The notes under the pieces: generated by a model
What the model saw: the letters and a program-made list of their open reading frames with translations, nothing else
What the model was told of the DNA's origin: nothing
The model's database searches: none
Source of the DNA: Octopus vulgaris
Lineage: Eukaryota
Assembly: GCA_951406725.2 (NCBI GenBank)
Contig: OX597825.1
Location: 79,112,001-79,176,000 of the forward strand
Direction: 5' to 3'
Length of the DNA stretch: 64,000 nucleotides
Shown: positions 26,151 through 38,490 of the stretch, piece after piece
Position numbering within the stretch: position 1 is the first letter of the stretch
How the letters are laid out: the number at the start of each line of letters is the position of its first letter
Position numbers and translations under genes: made by a program

Positions 26151-26154
<4 letters not shown>
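25786..26154. repeat. Near-perfect spacerless palindrome of a Penelope-like pseudo-LTR (arms of 184 and 185 bp)
   Basis: Centre ...CTCATGATC|GATCATGAG... at 25969/25970. By eye the arms differ only by one base in an A/T run. Confidence 0.95.
26022..26059 (+). ncRNA. Minimal type I hammerhead-ribozyme-like motif (variant core); mirror copy at 25881-25918 on the minus strand
   Basis: TCTTT-CTGTTGA-A-GAGC(GTAG)GCTC-GAAACGTA-AAAGA. Stem I is TCTTT/AAAGA, stem II is GAGC/GCTC, stem III is the palindromic ACGT, and the cleavage triplet is GUA. The core is CUGUUGA rather than CUGANGA. Confidence 0.6.
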
Positions 26155-26207
<53 letters not shown>

Positions 26208-26519
26208 GTATTAGGAAGGGCATCCAGCTGTAGAAACATTGCCAGATCAGAATGGTGCCTGATGTAGCTACTGGCTTTCCTGACCTCAGTGTGTGTGTCT
26301 TTGTGTTTGTCCCCCATCACCACTTGACAACTTGTGTTGCTTTGCTTGTGTCCCCCACAGCCCAGTGTGGTTCAGCAAAAGAGGCCGATAAAATAAGTAC
26401 CAGGCTGGAAAATAAGTACGGAGGACAGGGTGAGGTGGGGGACAGGCGATTTGGTCAACCAAATTCTTCAAAGCTTGCAGTCCGATAACTGAAACAAGCA
26501 AAAGATAAAAGAAGATAAG

Positions 26520-26815
26520 AATCGTGTGGTTCTGGAACTAATGTGAAGAATGTGGAGAAAATGTTAAGTGTTTGGGTGAATGATATGTCACGGTGTCACC
26601 TGTCATCCTTTCAAGCCATATTAACCAATAAAAGTCATTAAATTTATTTAAACAGTGGAAACAAGAAGAAACTGAGAAAGTCATTCCAATGCTTTGTTGC
26701 TTGTCGTGGGTGGAATGGAAAGTTCAAGAAATGGTTTAATCTCCATAGCATTTGAAGAACAGGAGAATCAGCAGCTACTGACATCCAGGCTGCATTAGAA
26801 TTTCTAGCACTGTAC
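26520..26815 (+). mobile_element. Tigger/pogo (CENP-B-type HTH) transposase fragment
   Basis: NVEKMLSVWVND and FVACRGWNGKFKKWFNLHSI*RTGESAATDIQAALEF, matching the F.AS.GW...FK.R...GE.ASAD motif. Confidence 0.8.
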
Positions 26816-27420
26816 CATCGGCATCAGAATTTCTTGCACAATTGAAGAGACAAACATCAGCTAAATTTTGTATTGAATATATATTTCTTTACTGCCCACA
26901 AGGGGCTAAACATAGAGGGGACAAACAAGGACAGACAAAGGAATTAAGTCGATTATATCGCCCCCAGTGCGAAACTGGTACTTTATTTATCGACCCAAAC
27001 ACTTAACATTTTCTCCATATAGAGAAATACAGGTTGTTGTGGAAGCAGTCAGGGTTTAAAATTTTTATTTTAAAAGAGGCAAGATGGGTGCTTATGTTTT
27101 AAGGTGCAAAAGAGACTTTCATATTGTTCTCGGGAGCAAATGCTTCTATAGCTGCAAGCATTACTGTATGATCAAGAAGTTCCCTTTGAGACTATGCAAA
27201 CTATGCGATTAGGGGTTCAAACCCACTCTGTGAATGGTTTTAGTTGATATTCTATACTATAGAGGTGGGTCGACCAATACCTTGTAAGTGGAATTGGTTT
27301 AACCCTTTCAACTCCAAATTTTTTCTCAAGAATTTTTTCTCAAGTCGGTAATGGTATGCATGCAAGCCTTTTGAGCTATCATTACAGTGTCATACACTCC
27401 AATCGTATGACTGGTACTAC

Positions 27421-27570
27421 ATATTGGGTTGGTGCATAATTATTGCAGCTTTTTTTCAACAAATTTTATTCAACAAAAACAATAACAATATTTAACAAAG
27501 AAATCTTTAAGTGACAGTCTGACTGTCTGCCAAGCAAATGGGAGGCAGTAATTGAAGTAGATGGTGAAGG
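27421..27570. mobile_element. Mariner end fragment (MADE1/Hsmar-like TIR); related fold-back copy at 31537-31771
   Basis: TATTGGGTTGGTGCATAATTATTGCAG TIR with a mariner C-terminal remnant LPSKWEAVIEVDGE. Confidence 0.75.
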
Positions 27571-28625
27571 GGTCGATTAAAAAAGTACCAGTTACGCACC
27601 GGAATCGATATAATCAACTTAATCCATTTGTCTGTCCTCGTTTGTCCCCTCTGCGTGTAGCCCCTTGTGGGTAGTAAAGATATAAGAATTGATATTTTAC
27701 AAGGCAGCCAAGCTGGCAGACACATTAGCACACTGGGCAAAATGCTCAGTGGTACTTCGCCTGTCTTTACATTCTGAGTTCAAATTCAACCAAGGTCGGC
27801 TTTGCCTTTCATCCTGTCAGAGTCGATAAATTAAGTACCAGTTGCATACTGGTGTCCATCTAAGTGACCGGCCCCTCTCCCCTCAAATTTTCAGGCCTTG
27901 TGTCTCGAGTAGAAAAGAATCACTCTCTCTCCTCTTCTCAATCTCATTGTATTCTGCTGCCAGACATTTCTGCCCATTCCATCCACTCAGCTCTCCATTT
28001 CTAACCTTTCTGCTTCCCCTTCTCTTATTCCCCTCCTTGGTCTACGTACCTCGAGTTGCTGAGTACTTTTGTGTTGTTGGTACTACAAGAAAACACATTC
28101 AGTACACTTTGGAATTTCGTGGGTGGCAACAGGAAGGACACCCAGCAATTGCACCCAAGAGACATAACATGTATGACAGATAATCCGTCTTTTGGAGCAA
28201 GTAGAACCCGAAAGAAAATAACATGGGCCATGTGACGACTTGTCTAGCATATGCCAACATGGAAGGCGGATATAAAATGGTGACAATGGTGGTGGTGGTG
28301 GTGGCGGTGCTGGTGGTGGTGGTAGTGGTGGTGGTGGTGGTGGCGGTGGCAGCGGTGGTGGTGGTGGTGGTGGTTTGCTCATGTGAATGTTTATATTTGA
28401 TGGATGTGTGAATAAGATATGTCATTGAAAAGGAAACTATATGAAGTGTGTATAATGTGTACCTCTGTGAGTCTGTGTGTGTGTATATACATATACATAT
28501 GTATATGTATATATGTATATAATAGATATACATATGTATATGTGTGTGTATATATATATATCTATCTATCTATATATATATATATATATATACACACACT
28601 CATATACATATATATATATACACAC

Positions 28626-28675
<50 letters not shown>

Positions 28676-28754
28676 ATATGAAAAACAGGGAAATAGAGAG
28701 TGAAATGTGTACATATGAGTAAAAGAAGAATGTGTATCTCTCTGTCTGTGGGAA

Positions 28755-28785
<31 letters not shown>

Positions 28786-28977
28786 TTTCGCATGTAGATA
28801 TATTATGTATCGGTGTCTACATATATATATATATATACATACATACATGTGTGTGTGTGTATGTATGTATGTATGTATATATGTATGCATGTATCTATAC
28901 ACACACACACAAATAGAGGAATGGCTTACAAATAACAGGCAGAAACTTCTATGTGTGTGTGTGTGTGTGCACGCTTG

Positions 28978-29016
<39 letters not shown>

Positions 29017-29173
29017 GTATGTATGTATGTTGAAGATATTTAGTCAAGCAAGACTTTATTTTTAACCCCACCACCACCGGTACTTGTTTTATTAGTCACT
29101 TTTGCCAAACTGCTAAGTGTAAACACACTAACACTTGTTGTCAAGCAGTGGTGCGTGACAAATGCAGACAAAA

Positions 29174-29228
<55 letters not shown>

Positions 29229-29270
29229 TACATACATACATACATACTTACATACATACATACATACGTA

Positions 29271-30430
29271 TGTGAGAAGAGAAACTGTGGGGCAGTTGTG
29301 GAAATCAGCTGTCCAGCGGATGTTAACATAAAACTGAAGATCAGTGAAAAAGAGAACACCTATGCTGAACTATTGAGAAATCTGCAGTTACTCTATACAG
29401 ATTACAAGTTCAGGTTTATACCTGTAATTATTGGGGCCCTGGGATATGTAACAGATTTCCTAAATACCAATCTTGAGAAATTAGGCTTCTCAAAACTAGA
29501 AAGCAGAAAGCTAATTTTGAAGACAACAGATCCAATCCATCACTGGAACTGTAAAAATCTGTAAAACTTTCCAGAAGTTTATCATTTAAATATATATGAG
29601 CATGTCTGGATCTGCAAGTATATGCATGAGAATACATACATAAAACATACAAATCTGCACACATACATACATACATACATGCATACATACATGCATGCAT
29701 GCATACATACATGCATACATGCATACATACATACATACATACATACATACATGCATACATACATACATACATACATACATACATACATACATGCATGCAT
29801 GCATGCATACATGCATACATACATACATACATGCATACATGCATACATACATACATACATACATACATACATGCATACATACATACATACATACATACAT
29901 ACATACATGCATACATACATACATACATACATACATACATGCATACATACATACATACATACATACATACATGCATGCATGCATACATGCATACATACAT
30001 ACATACATACATACATGCATACATGCATACATACGTACATACATACATACATGCATACATACATGCATGCATGCATGCATGCATGCATACATACATGCAT
30101 ACATGCATACATACATACATACATACATACATGCATGCATGCATGCATACATGCATACATGCATACATACATACATACATACATACATACATACATACAT
30201 ACATACATGCATGCATGCATGCATGCATACATACATACATACATACATACATACATGCATGCATGCATACATGCATACATACATACATACATACATACAT
30301 ACATACATACATACATACATACATACATACATACATGCATGCATGCATACAAAAATACCCTGTTGTTGATGTTGAAATTCCAATGAAGGAACATTGGATC
30401 TAGGTTAGAAACCAGTTCTTTCTCTCTATT
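29271..30430 (+). mobile_element. R4/Dong-like non-LTR retrotransposon 3' fragment with an expanded (TACA/TGCA)n in its apparent 3' UTR
   Basis: VVEISCPADVNIKLKISEKENTYAELLRNLQLLYTDYKFRFIPVIIGALGYV is an RLE domain. The terminal motif ttagaaaccagttctttc near 30404 resembles the ends of the copies at 7458 and 36387. Confidence 0.75.
29660..30350. repeat. ~690-bp (TACA)n/(TGCA)n tetranucleotide array
   Basis: Seen directly; source of the 224-306 aa MYVC/HTYI ORFs. Confidence 0.97.
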
Positions 30431-30594
30431 ATTCTGCCTCTAACGAGATTATGCTTTATAAAATGATTTAATTAATACAATTATAATGTTTAAAGTATGA
30501 ATCAAAACAGCTGTTAGATATCGTGTTTAATTTTGCAGTTAATAAATATACTTATTAATTGATGTATCTCCACTTTCTAATTTATATGTGTGTG

Positions 30595-30656
<62 letters not shown>

Positions 30657-30692
30657 TGTGTGTGTGTTTGCGTGTGTGTGTGTTTGTGTGTT

Positions 30693-30754
<62 letters not shown>

Positions 30755-30897
30755 CCTCATGTATATACAGTTTCATCCTTACATAACTAAAATAACTTCA
30801 AGATGTATTGATTTTATAAATTACAATATTAATTCTCTTATAACTTTCTCACACCTCTGTTTATATTTTATCTAATATGAATAATATAATGCATCTG

Positions 30898-30964
<67 letters not shown>

Positions 30965-31467
30965 TAATAATAGCAATTGATTCATTTGTATGCATATACA
31001 TGCAAATATGCATGTACATTTAAGTGTAGGGACATGTGTTTATGTATATTTATGTATATGCATGTATATGTAAAAGTATGTATATTAGTGTGTATTTATA
31101 TTTATAACTTAACCTTATATACTTTCTAAAATCTCTTACGAAGCCTAGAGAAGCACCCAAGTACCTCAATTTCATCTGCTAATTACTTCAGTCTACTGGA
31201 GGGATAAAGGTAGAATGAGGTATTTTTACCTCTTGGCTGAAACAGCTGTAAGATATTATCCCAATTTCTATTGCTATATGTTATATATTTTAATAATTAC
31301 TGATATTTTTATATTTTATATATTATATATGTAAAGTATAATACGTTATACATGTATGTATATTGTTATAATTGTCCTTTTAGTAAATAAATAAATAAAT
31401 AAATTGACATTATATAATATCTAAAAGTTGATGAATACCACCTATTGATCCCCTCCATTTTCTTATT

Positions 31468-31543
<76 letters not shown>

Positions 31544-31832
31544 GTTGGTGCATAATTATTGCAGATTTTTTTCCAACAAATTTTATCCAACAAAAACAAT
31601 AACGTGTAACAAAAACATCTTTAAATGATTTTTCCGGAGCATATTCACCATCTACTTCAATTACTGCTTCCCATTTGCTTGGCAGACGGTCAGACCATCA
31701 TTTAAAGATGTTTTTGTTAAATATTGTTATTGCTTTTGTTGATTAGAATTTGTTGAAAAAAAGCTGCAATAAGTGCCTTTGGCCATTTGAGCCTGACCCC
31801 AGACAACTTTCTCTTTCTCTTTATGTATATAT

Positions 31833-32199
31833 ACTCTTTACTCTTTTACTTGTTTCAGTCACCTGAGTGTGGCCATGCTGGAGCATCGCCTTTAGTCAAG
31901 CAAATTGACCCCAGGACTCTATCAGTCTCTTTTGCTGAACCGCTAAGTGACGGGGACATAAACACACCAGCATCGGTTGTCAAGCAATGCTAGGGGGACA
32001 AATACAGACACACAAACATATATATATACATATATACGACAGGCTTCTTTCAGTTTCTGTCTACCAAATCCACTCACAAGGCTTTGGTCGGCCCGAGGCT
32101 ATAGTAGAAAACACTTGCCCAAGGTGCCACGCAGTGGGACTGAACCCGGAACCATGTGGTTGGTAAGCAAGCTACTTACCACACAGCCACTCCTGCGCC
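31833..32199 (-). mobile_element. Family A SINE
   Basis: Matches family A, with a small internal deletion. Confidence 0.9.
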
Positions 32200-32617
32200 T
32201 ATATATAGCCAATATATATATATATATATATTGGCTATGCACTTGTCAGGCAGGTGATGTGATCAAAGCCGGTGAGTTCAAAGTAAAGCAATTACAGTGT
32301 ACAGGACACCCATTAGCCATTCAAACACAAAGTCTGCATTTATTATAATCGCCTGTCAAAATTTTCCTTGCACCAACTGCAACATGGTCATTGACACAGT
32401 TCCAGTTATATATATATACACATACATATATATAGCCCATTTTATGAAAGCTGAAAACATTAACAAACTGTTATATTCTATTTTTGTGGTGCTTTAATTA
32501 AAAATGTTTTACTTTATTTTTGGTTTCCGAGTATTATTTCTTCCGCCTTGTTTTGCCTCTATGTGCTTAGTTGTGTTGTGTTGCATGTGTGTGTGTGTGT
32601 ATATAGTTGTATGCATA

Positions 32618-32623
32618 TAGATT

Positions 32624-32687
<64 letters not shown>

Positions 32688-32726
32688 CGTAGGTAAATAG
32701 GTAGGTAGGTAGATAGATATATATAT

Positions 32727-32784
<58 letters not shown>

Positions 32785-32825
32785 GGATAGATAAATAGAT
32801 AGATGGATAGATAAATAGATAGATG

Positions 32826-32858
<33 letters not shown>

Positions 32859-33002
32859 GTGGATAGATAGATAGGTGGGTAGATAGATAGATAGATAGGT
32901 GAATAGATAGATAGATAGATAGACAGATTGATTGATAGACAGACAGACAGACAGATAGATAGGTAGATAGGTATAGGTAGGTAGGTAGGTGGATAGATAG
33001 AT
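32618..33002. repeat. (GATA)n/(GGTA)n/(GACA)n array
   Basis: Seen directly. Confidence 0.95.
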
Positions 33003-33007
33003 ATGCA

Positions 33008-33069
33008 TTCCCATGCCGGTAATCGAACCTGGAATTCTTGGGTGAAACCCAGGAATCCTAACCACCAGA
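33008..33069 (-). pseudogene. tRNA-Glu(TTC) pseudogene, 5'-truncated
   Basis: Minus strand reads TCTGGTGGTTAGGATTCCTGGGTTTCACCCAAGAATTCCAGGTTCGATTACCGGCATGGGAA, which aligns to eukaryotic tRNA-Glu-TTC. The 5' acceptor strand is replaced by microsatellite and the stems have mismatches. Confidence 0.8.
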
Positions 33070-33963
33070 TAGATAGATGGATAGATGAAAAACGAGGGTC
33101 ACTCTCTTGTTTCGTCAAGCAAAGTACCCCCCCTCCCACACTGACGACTTCTTTGATAATCAATTCGTGTTTGTCATGGAATTTTCGTGTAAGAAAACAG
33201 CAGGTGGTTCCTCCCGTTTTTTTTTTTTTTCCTCTGGGTATTTTCCCAAGACTCTATCTTGGGCGTGTGTCTTTTACTTCGGCCACAGGTCGATCAGTAC
33301 ATTGTGGGTGGAGTTAACTGACAGAAGCCGCGTAGTGGTTGTACGTCGGGCGTCTGTGTGTGGTGTATACACGCGCGTGCACACACACACACACAAAAAC
33401 ACACACACACACACACACACATACACACGCACACACACATGCACAGAGGCGTCCCTAGAGAGTAAAGTTGGAAATTATAAGTATCTACTGCGCCCAAACC
33501 CATAATTTCTTCGGATGTGTAATATCTGAGGCATCGTAAATCATAATTCAATAAAATTGGATAAAATTGAATAAAATAAAATAAAATAAAGCTTGTTGGG
33601 GAAGAACGTGCGAATTCCATCCACTTCTTTTACGTAATTTTTCAGTTTCAACGTTTTTACGAAAACTTTTTCTCAGATTTATGTTTTAAGAAGTCTCACG
33701 TGTCTTTGAATAATTATAATCTCAAATGTTTAAAGCATGAAAGAGAAAAGTTTTTCAAAACGACAGTAACAACCGAAAAGTTGCAGAAAAACGTGGGTGT
33801 ATGATAAAAAACAACACCGTCATCTTTTTTTAAAAGACTCTTTTGATAGACTTCTTAAGAACCGAAGAAATTACTTTGGGCGCACTGAATAATCCCCAAT
33901 TCCATTTCCATAGCATCGCCATCTATCTGTCCGTCCGTCCGTCCATCCATCCATCCATCTATC

Positions 33964-34034
<71 letters not shown>

Positions 34035-34814
34035 GTCTATCTATCTATCTGTCTGTCAATCGATTCGCAGGCGTGGTGGCTATATGGTAAGAAGTTTGCT
34101 TCTCAACCACATGGTTCTGAGTTCAATCTCACCGTGTGGCGAATCCAGGAAAAAAAGTCACAGGGGTTTTTGTCTGGAGATGGGCTGGTTGTTCGCAGGG
34201 GTTTTGTCCGGATCCTATAAATTAATTGCGAGTTTTTTTTCCTGTGACTTTATTACCGGACATCATAAATTAATTGTGACTTTTCTTTCCTAGCCAAAAT
34301 TGTGACTTTATTATTGTGACTTTTTTTCCTCCGTGTACCACCCTGGGCAAATGTTTTCTTATATAGCCTCGGTCCGACCAGATTTCTGTGAGTGTATAAA
34401 ACAGACAGGAATTATGGTTAAATATACAAATTCCATGCTCTAAAGTGATACCAGTTGTTTGCCCGTTCGTTCTGTCATTCTACTGTGTGTGTGTGTGTGT
34501 GTGTGTTTTCGTTTGTTCCCCCCCCCCACCATCAACATCGGCTTCACAGCCGGTGTTGTGAGAGACCGATAGAATAAGTATGAGCCTTAGCAAAAAGAAG
34601 CATTGGGGGTCTATTTGCTCGAATAGACCCTTCAAGGAGTTACTATAGCGTGGCCGCACCCGAATAAACTGAAACTAGTAAAAGACAAACCGTTTATGGT
34701 CGATGTTTTTAGTTCATAGAAATGTGGAGGAGAAAGTGAAAGGAAATACCAAAGAGACGAAGTATTTATGATGTGAACGAAGAGGAGAGAAGAGTTAAGA
34801 ACGGAAGAAGGGAG

Positions 34815-34855
<41 letters not shown>

Positions 34856-35094
34856 CAAGCAAAGGTGGGGGGGGCCGAGTGAAGGGGAAAAGAAAGCGAA
34901 AGAAGAGAAGGGTTTTTGGAGGTTGGCAAAGGATCGGGAAGGAAGGGTCAAGGTAGCACGATACGACACCTAGAACCTAGGGGAAGTCGACAATAGGCGT
35001 AGTCAAGTGTTAGCAGAAGTGTAGCAAGGTTCGAAAGTTAGAGGGAGCGAACACATACACAAAAAAGGGGCCGTGACACATATTCTTTTAATTT

Positions 35095-35742
35095 TTTATT
35101 TATTTCAGTCATTTGACTGCGGCCGTGCTGGAGCACCGCCTTTAGTCGAAGAAATCGATCGAAGGAGTTACTCTTTGTAAGCCTAGTACTTATTCTATTT
35201 AGTCCCTTTTGCCGAACCGCTAAGTTACGGGGACATAAACACACCAACATCGGTTGTCAAGCGATGGGGGTCGGGGAACACAGACACACAAACGTGTGTG
35301 TGTGTGACGGGCTTCTTTCAGTTTCCGCCTACCAGATCCACTCACCAAGCTTTGGTCGCCCCGAAGCTATAGTAGAAGGCACTTGCCAAGGTGCCACGCA
35401 GTGGGACTGAACCCAAGACCATGAGGTTCAACCTCATGGTCCTGGGTTTCTACTATAACCTCGGGCCGACCAAAGCTTTGTGAGTGGATTTGGTAGACGG
35501 AAACTGAAAGAAGCCCATCGTATGTATGTATGTATGTGTGTGTGTGTTTGTCCTCCCAACATCGGTTGACAACCGATACTGGAGTGTTTACGTCCCCGTC
35601 ACTTAGCGGTTCGGCAAAAGCGAACGATAGAATAAGTACTAGGCTTACAAAGAATAAGTCCTTTGCTCGACTAAAGGCGGTGCTCCAGCACGGCCACAGT
35701 CAAATGACTGAAACAAGTAAAAGAGTTAAAAGAGTAAAGAGT
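35095..35742. mobile_element. Two family A SINEs fused head-to-head (inverted pair)
   Basis: Minus copy at 35095-35428 and plus copy at ~35448-35742, joined by the fold-back AACCCAAGACCATGAGGTT-C-AACCTCATGGTCCTGGGTT. Confidence 0.88.
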
Positions 35743-36000
35743 AACTAAAGAGTTTTTTTTTTAATGTTGGAAAAGCGCCTATTTTGAAAAATGTAAGAAG
35801 AAACGGTCGTTCCCCTAGCTCCTCCTCAATTAGTTTACACCGCTTATAGCGAGTTATAATTAATTAATAGTTCTATGAATAACATATCTTTTAATTGTCT
35901 CTTTGAGAGACATACACATACCCGCGCATATGTGCGCACGTACACAAACACACACGCATACAAACAAAGGCATGTGCACGCACACACACGCATACATACA

Positions 36001-36435
36001 ACTGAAAGAAATCAACCAACTGATTCGCACATTATATATCCAGCCTGTAAGTGGAACAGTAAAAGTATGCAAGACTTTTCTCAGGTTTAAAATGTGACGT
36101 TGTTTTCGTTTTCTATATTCCAGCGACGGCGAGCTGGCAGACACGTTAGCGCGCCGGGCGAAATGCTTAGAAGTATTTCGTCTGTCGTTACGTTCTGAGT
36201 TCAAATTCCGCCGAGGTCAACTTTGCCTTTCATCCTTTCGGGGTCGATGAATAAAGTACTAGTTTCGCACTGGGTGCGATATAATCGACTCAATCCCTTC
36301 GTCTGTCCTTGTTTGTCCCCTCTATGTTTAGCCCCTTGTGGGCAATAAAGAAATATATATTCCAGCGACGGAGTTTTGTATCTTTGTTAGAAACCCGCTC
36401 TTTCCTCAGAGAAAGAATTTAGATAATTAAAAAGA
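36001..36435 (+). mobile_element. R4/Dong-like 3' end interrupted by a family C SINE (~36128-36354) with TSD
   Basis: aagtggaacagtaaaagtatgcaagacttttc is shared with the copy near 7360. The direct repeat TATATTCCAGCGACGG flanks the SINE at ~36114 and ~36357. Confidence 0.8.
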
Positions 36436-37237
36436 ACGTACATACATAGAACACATGCACAAAAGCACACATATACATATGAAATGCATACATATAAACA
36501 GTTATAGGCTGACGTTGATACGCACACGCACAAATATTTATTCTGATGTACATAATGTACAGCACACACACACACGCATACATCAACCAATTCAGTAAAC
36601 CGCAAACTCCAAGAGTTCTCTCAACTTAAACAAAAGAATCTTATCAAAAGAATCTAACGACCGGCAGCAAGGAAAAAAAATTTATACATCCCATACATAT
36701 AAAGATACCTATAATTAGATTTTTTTTGACATTCACACAAAATGAAACAAGGAAAATTTTTTAATTGAGCTGAAACAGGTCAAGGGAAATAACTCCTCAT
36801 ATAATTTTTCAAGAAATCTTTAGTTATTTCCCCTGACACAATATCGGGTATACCTCAAATTACGTCGGTAATTTTCCCAAAATACGTCTTAACACGAAAA
36901 ACTACGTAACCCGAAAAAACATTAAAAAATTTATTAGTTAATATCTTTTGATAAATGGTTTGTATATATCTTATTTGATTTCTCACTTAAAATTGTTTTT
37001 ACTAAATATATTCGCTGATATCGACGAAAAGTTGAATAAATGACTAAAGTTGAGGTTTATTGTTTTCAATTAATTTCTTTTTTAAAAAAACGGTGAAAAT
37101 CGTAAAAGCTGTCTCACGAAACGACGTATGTCGAGTTACGCCCGTATATATTTCATTGAACAATTACCCTCTTTTATGTATTTTACTGAAGTGGCAGGAA
37201 AATTATTAATTATTATTATTATTATCATTATCATTGT

Positions 37238-37605
37238 GGAGGCGCAATGGCCCAGTGGTTAGGGCAGCGGACTCGCGGTTTCGATTCTCAGACCGGGCGT
37301 TGTGAGTGTTTATTGAGCGAAAACTCCTAAAGCTCCACGAGGCTCCGGCAGGGGATGGTGGTGATCCCTGCTGTACTCCTTCACCACGACTTTCTCTCAC
37401 TATTACTTCCTGTTTCTGTTGTACCTGTATTTCAAAGGGCCGGCCTTGTCACTCTCTGTGTCACGCCAAATCTCCACGAGAACTACATTAAGGGTACACG
37501 TGTCTGTGGAGTGCTCAGCTACTTGCACGTTAATTTCACGAGCAGGCTGTTCCGTTGATTCGGATCAACCGGAACCCTCGTCGTCGCAACCGACGGAGTG
37601 CTTCC
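37238..37605 (+). mobile_element. Family B SINE (tail type B2)
   Basis: Family B head plus the tail aagggtacacgtgtctgtggagtgctcag...cgacggagtgcttcc. Other copies at 43404-43781 (+), 62412-62793 (-) and 63551-63745 (-, partial). Confidence 0.9.
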
Positions 37606-38221
37606 ATTATTATTATTATTTTTATTTTTTTTTTTTTTTAATGAACAAAAGTGCCTTAGAATATTTTGAATTTTTCTGACTATTATTTTCTGTATTTGTA
37701 CTTTTTAATCTATTTTCTTTCCGTTACTGTATGAAATGTTCAGCAGTCAGCTTTGCTTAGATTCAGAAACACGACCAAAGGACTTCGATCATCTCATCTT
37801 TTTCCCATAAATACTTCACCAAGGACCGCGTAACACAGTGCCACAAACCACCAACAGTACCTCAACTGTGCCTTACAACATTAACAGTCCAGCCAAACCA
37901 TGAAGTTCTTTCACACATCTTTGTAATAACCTGTTATGTTGTATTAATTCATGTATAGCAATCGTGTTTTATAACGGAGAATTAAAAACATCTCTTACCA
38001 ATTCAGTTTCGATCTCAAGTTGTGTCTATCTCATTCCGACTTTCTCACACATTTTCCATCTCCGTTATAAGGGTGTAAGGGTAGAAATCAGCTTCGATCT
38101 GATTGAATTGGTAACAAAACTTTCAAAGAACTGAAACGACTATGTGACTAAAATCTTAAAACCAATTCAAATAGAAGTCACGTTTTTAATATCATCTGTT
38201 CGGTTTTTTGGTACTACTTAA

Positions 38222-38490
38222 GAAGAGTGGTCCCGGTGCGCGCACTCGCGCATCCGCCTAGCTAGTCATGACTAGTCGATCCTTGCTTTGTGTTTTTTAC
38301 TTTGTTTAAAAAAAATTATTTATTTTGTGTTTTGTTTAGTTTGTTTTAAAAAAATTATTTACTTTGTGTAAAAAAATTATTTATTTTGTGTTTTATTTAC
38401 ATTGCTAGGTAGACGTTGTAGGATCGACTAGTCACGACTAGCTAGCGCGGATGCGCTAGTACGCGAGTGCGCGCACCGGGCCCACTCTTC
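38222..38490. mobile_element. MITE with GC-rich ~60-70 bp TIRs and TTAA flanks (Kolobok-like)
   Basis: TTAA|GAAGAGTGGTCCCGGTGCGCGCACTCGCG ... CGCGAGTGCGCGCACCGGGCCCACTCTTC|TTAA. RR..YY termini with TTAA fit Kolobok better than piggyBac. Confidence 0.8.

Noticed and set aside
29428-30403. Long MYVC/HTYI-repeat ORFs and the many YI/CV/HT ORFs across the window
   Set aside because: Translations of (TACA)n, (TA)n and (CA)n microsatellites.
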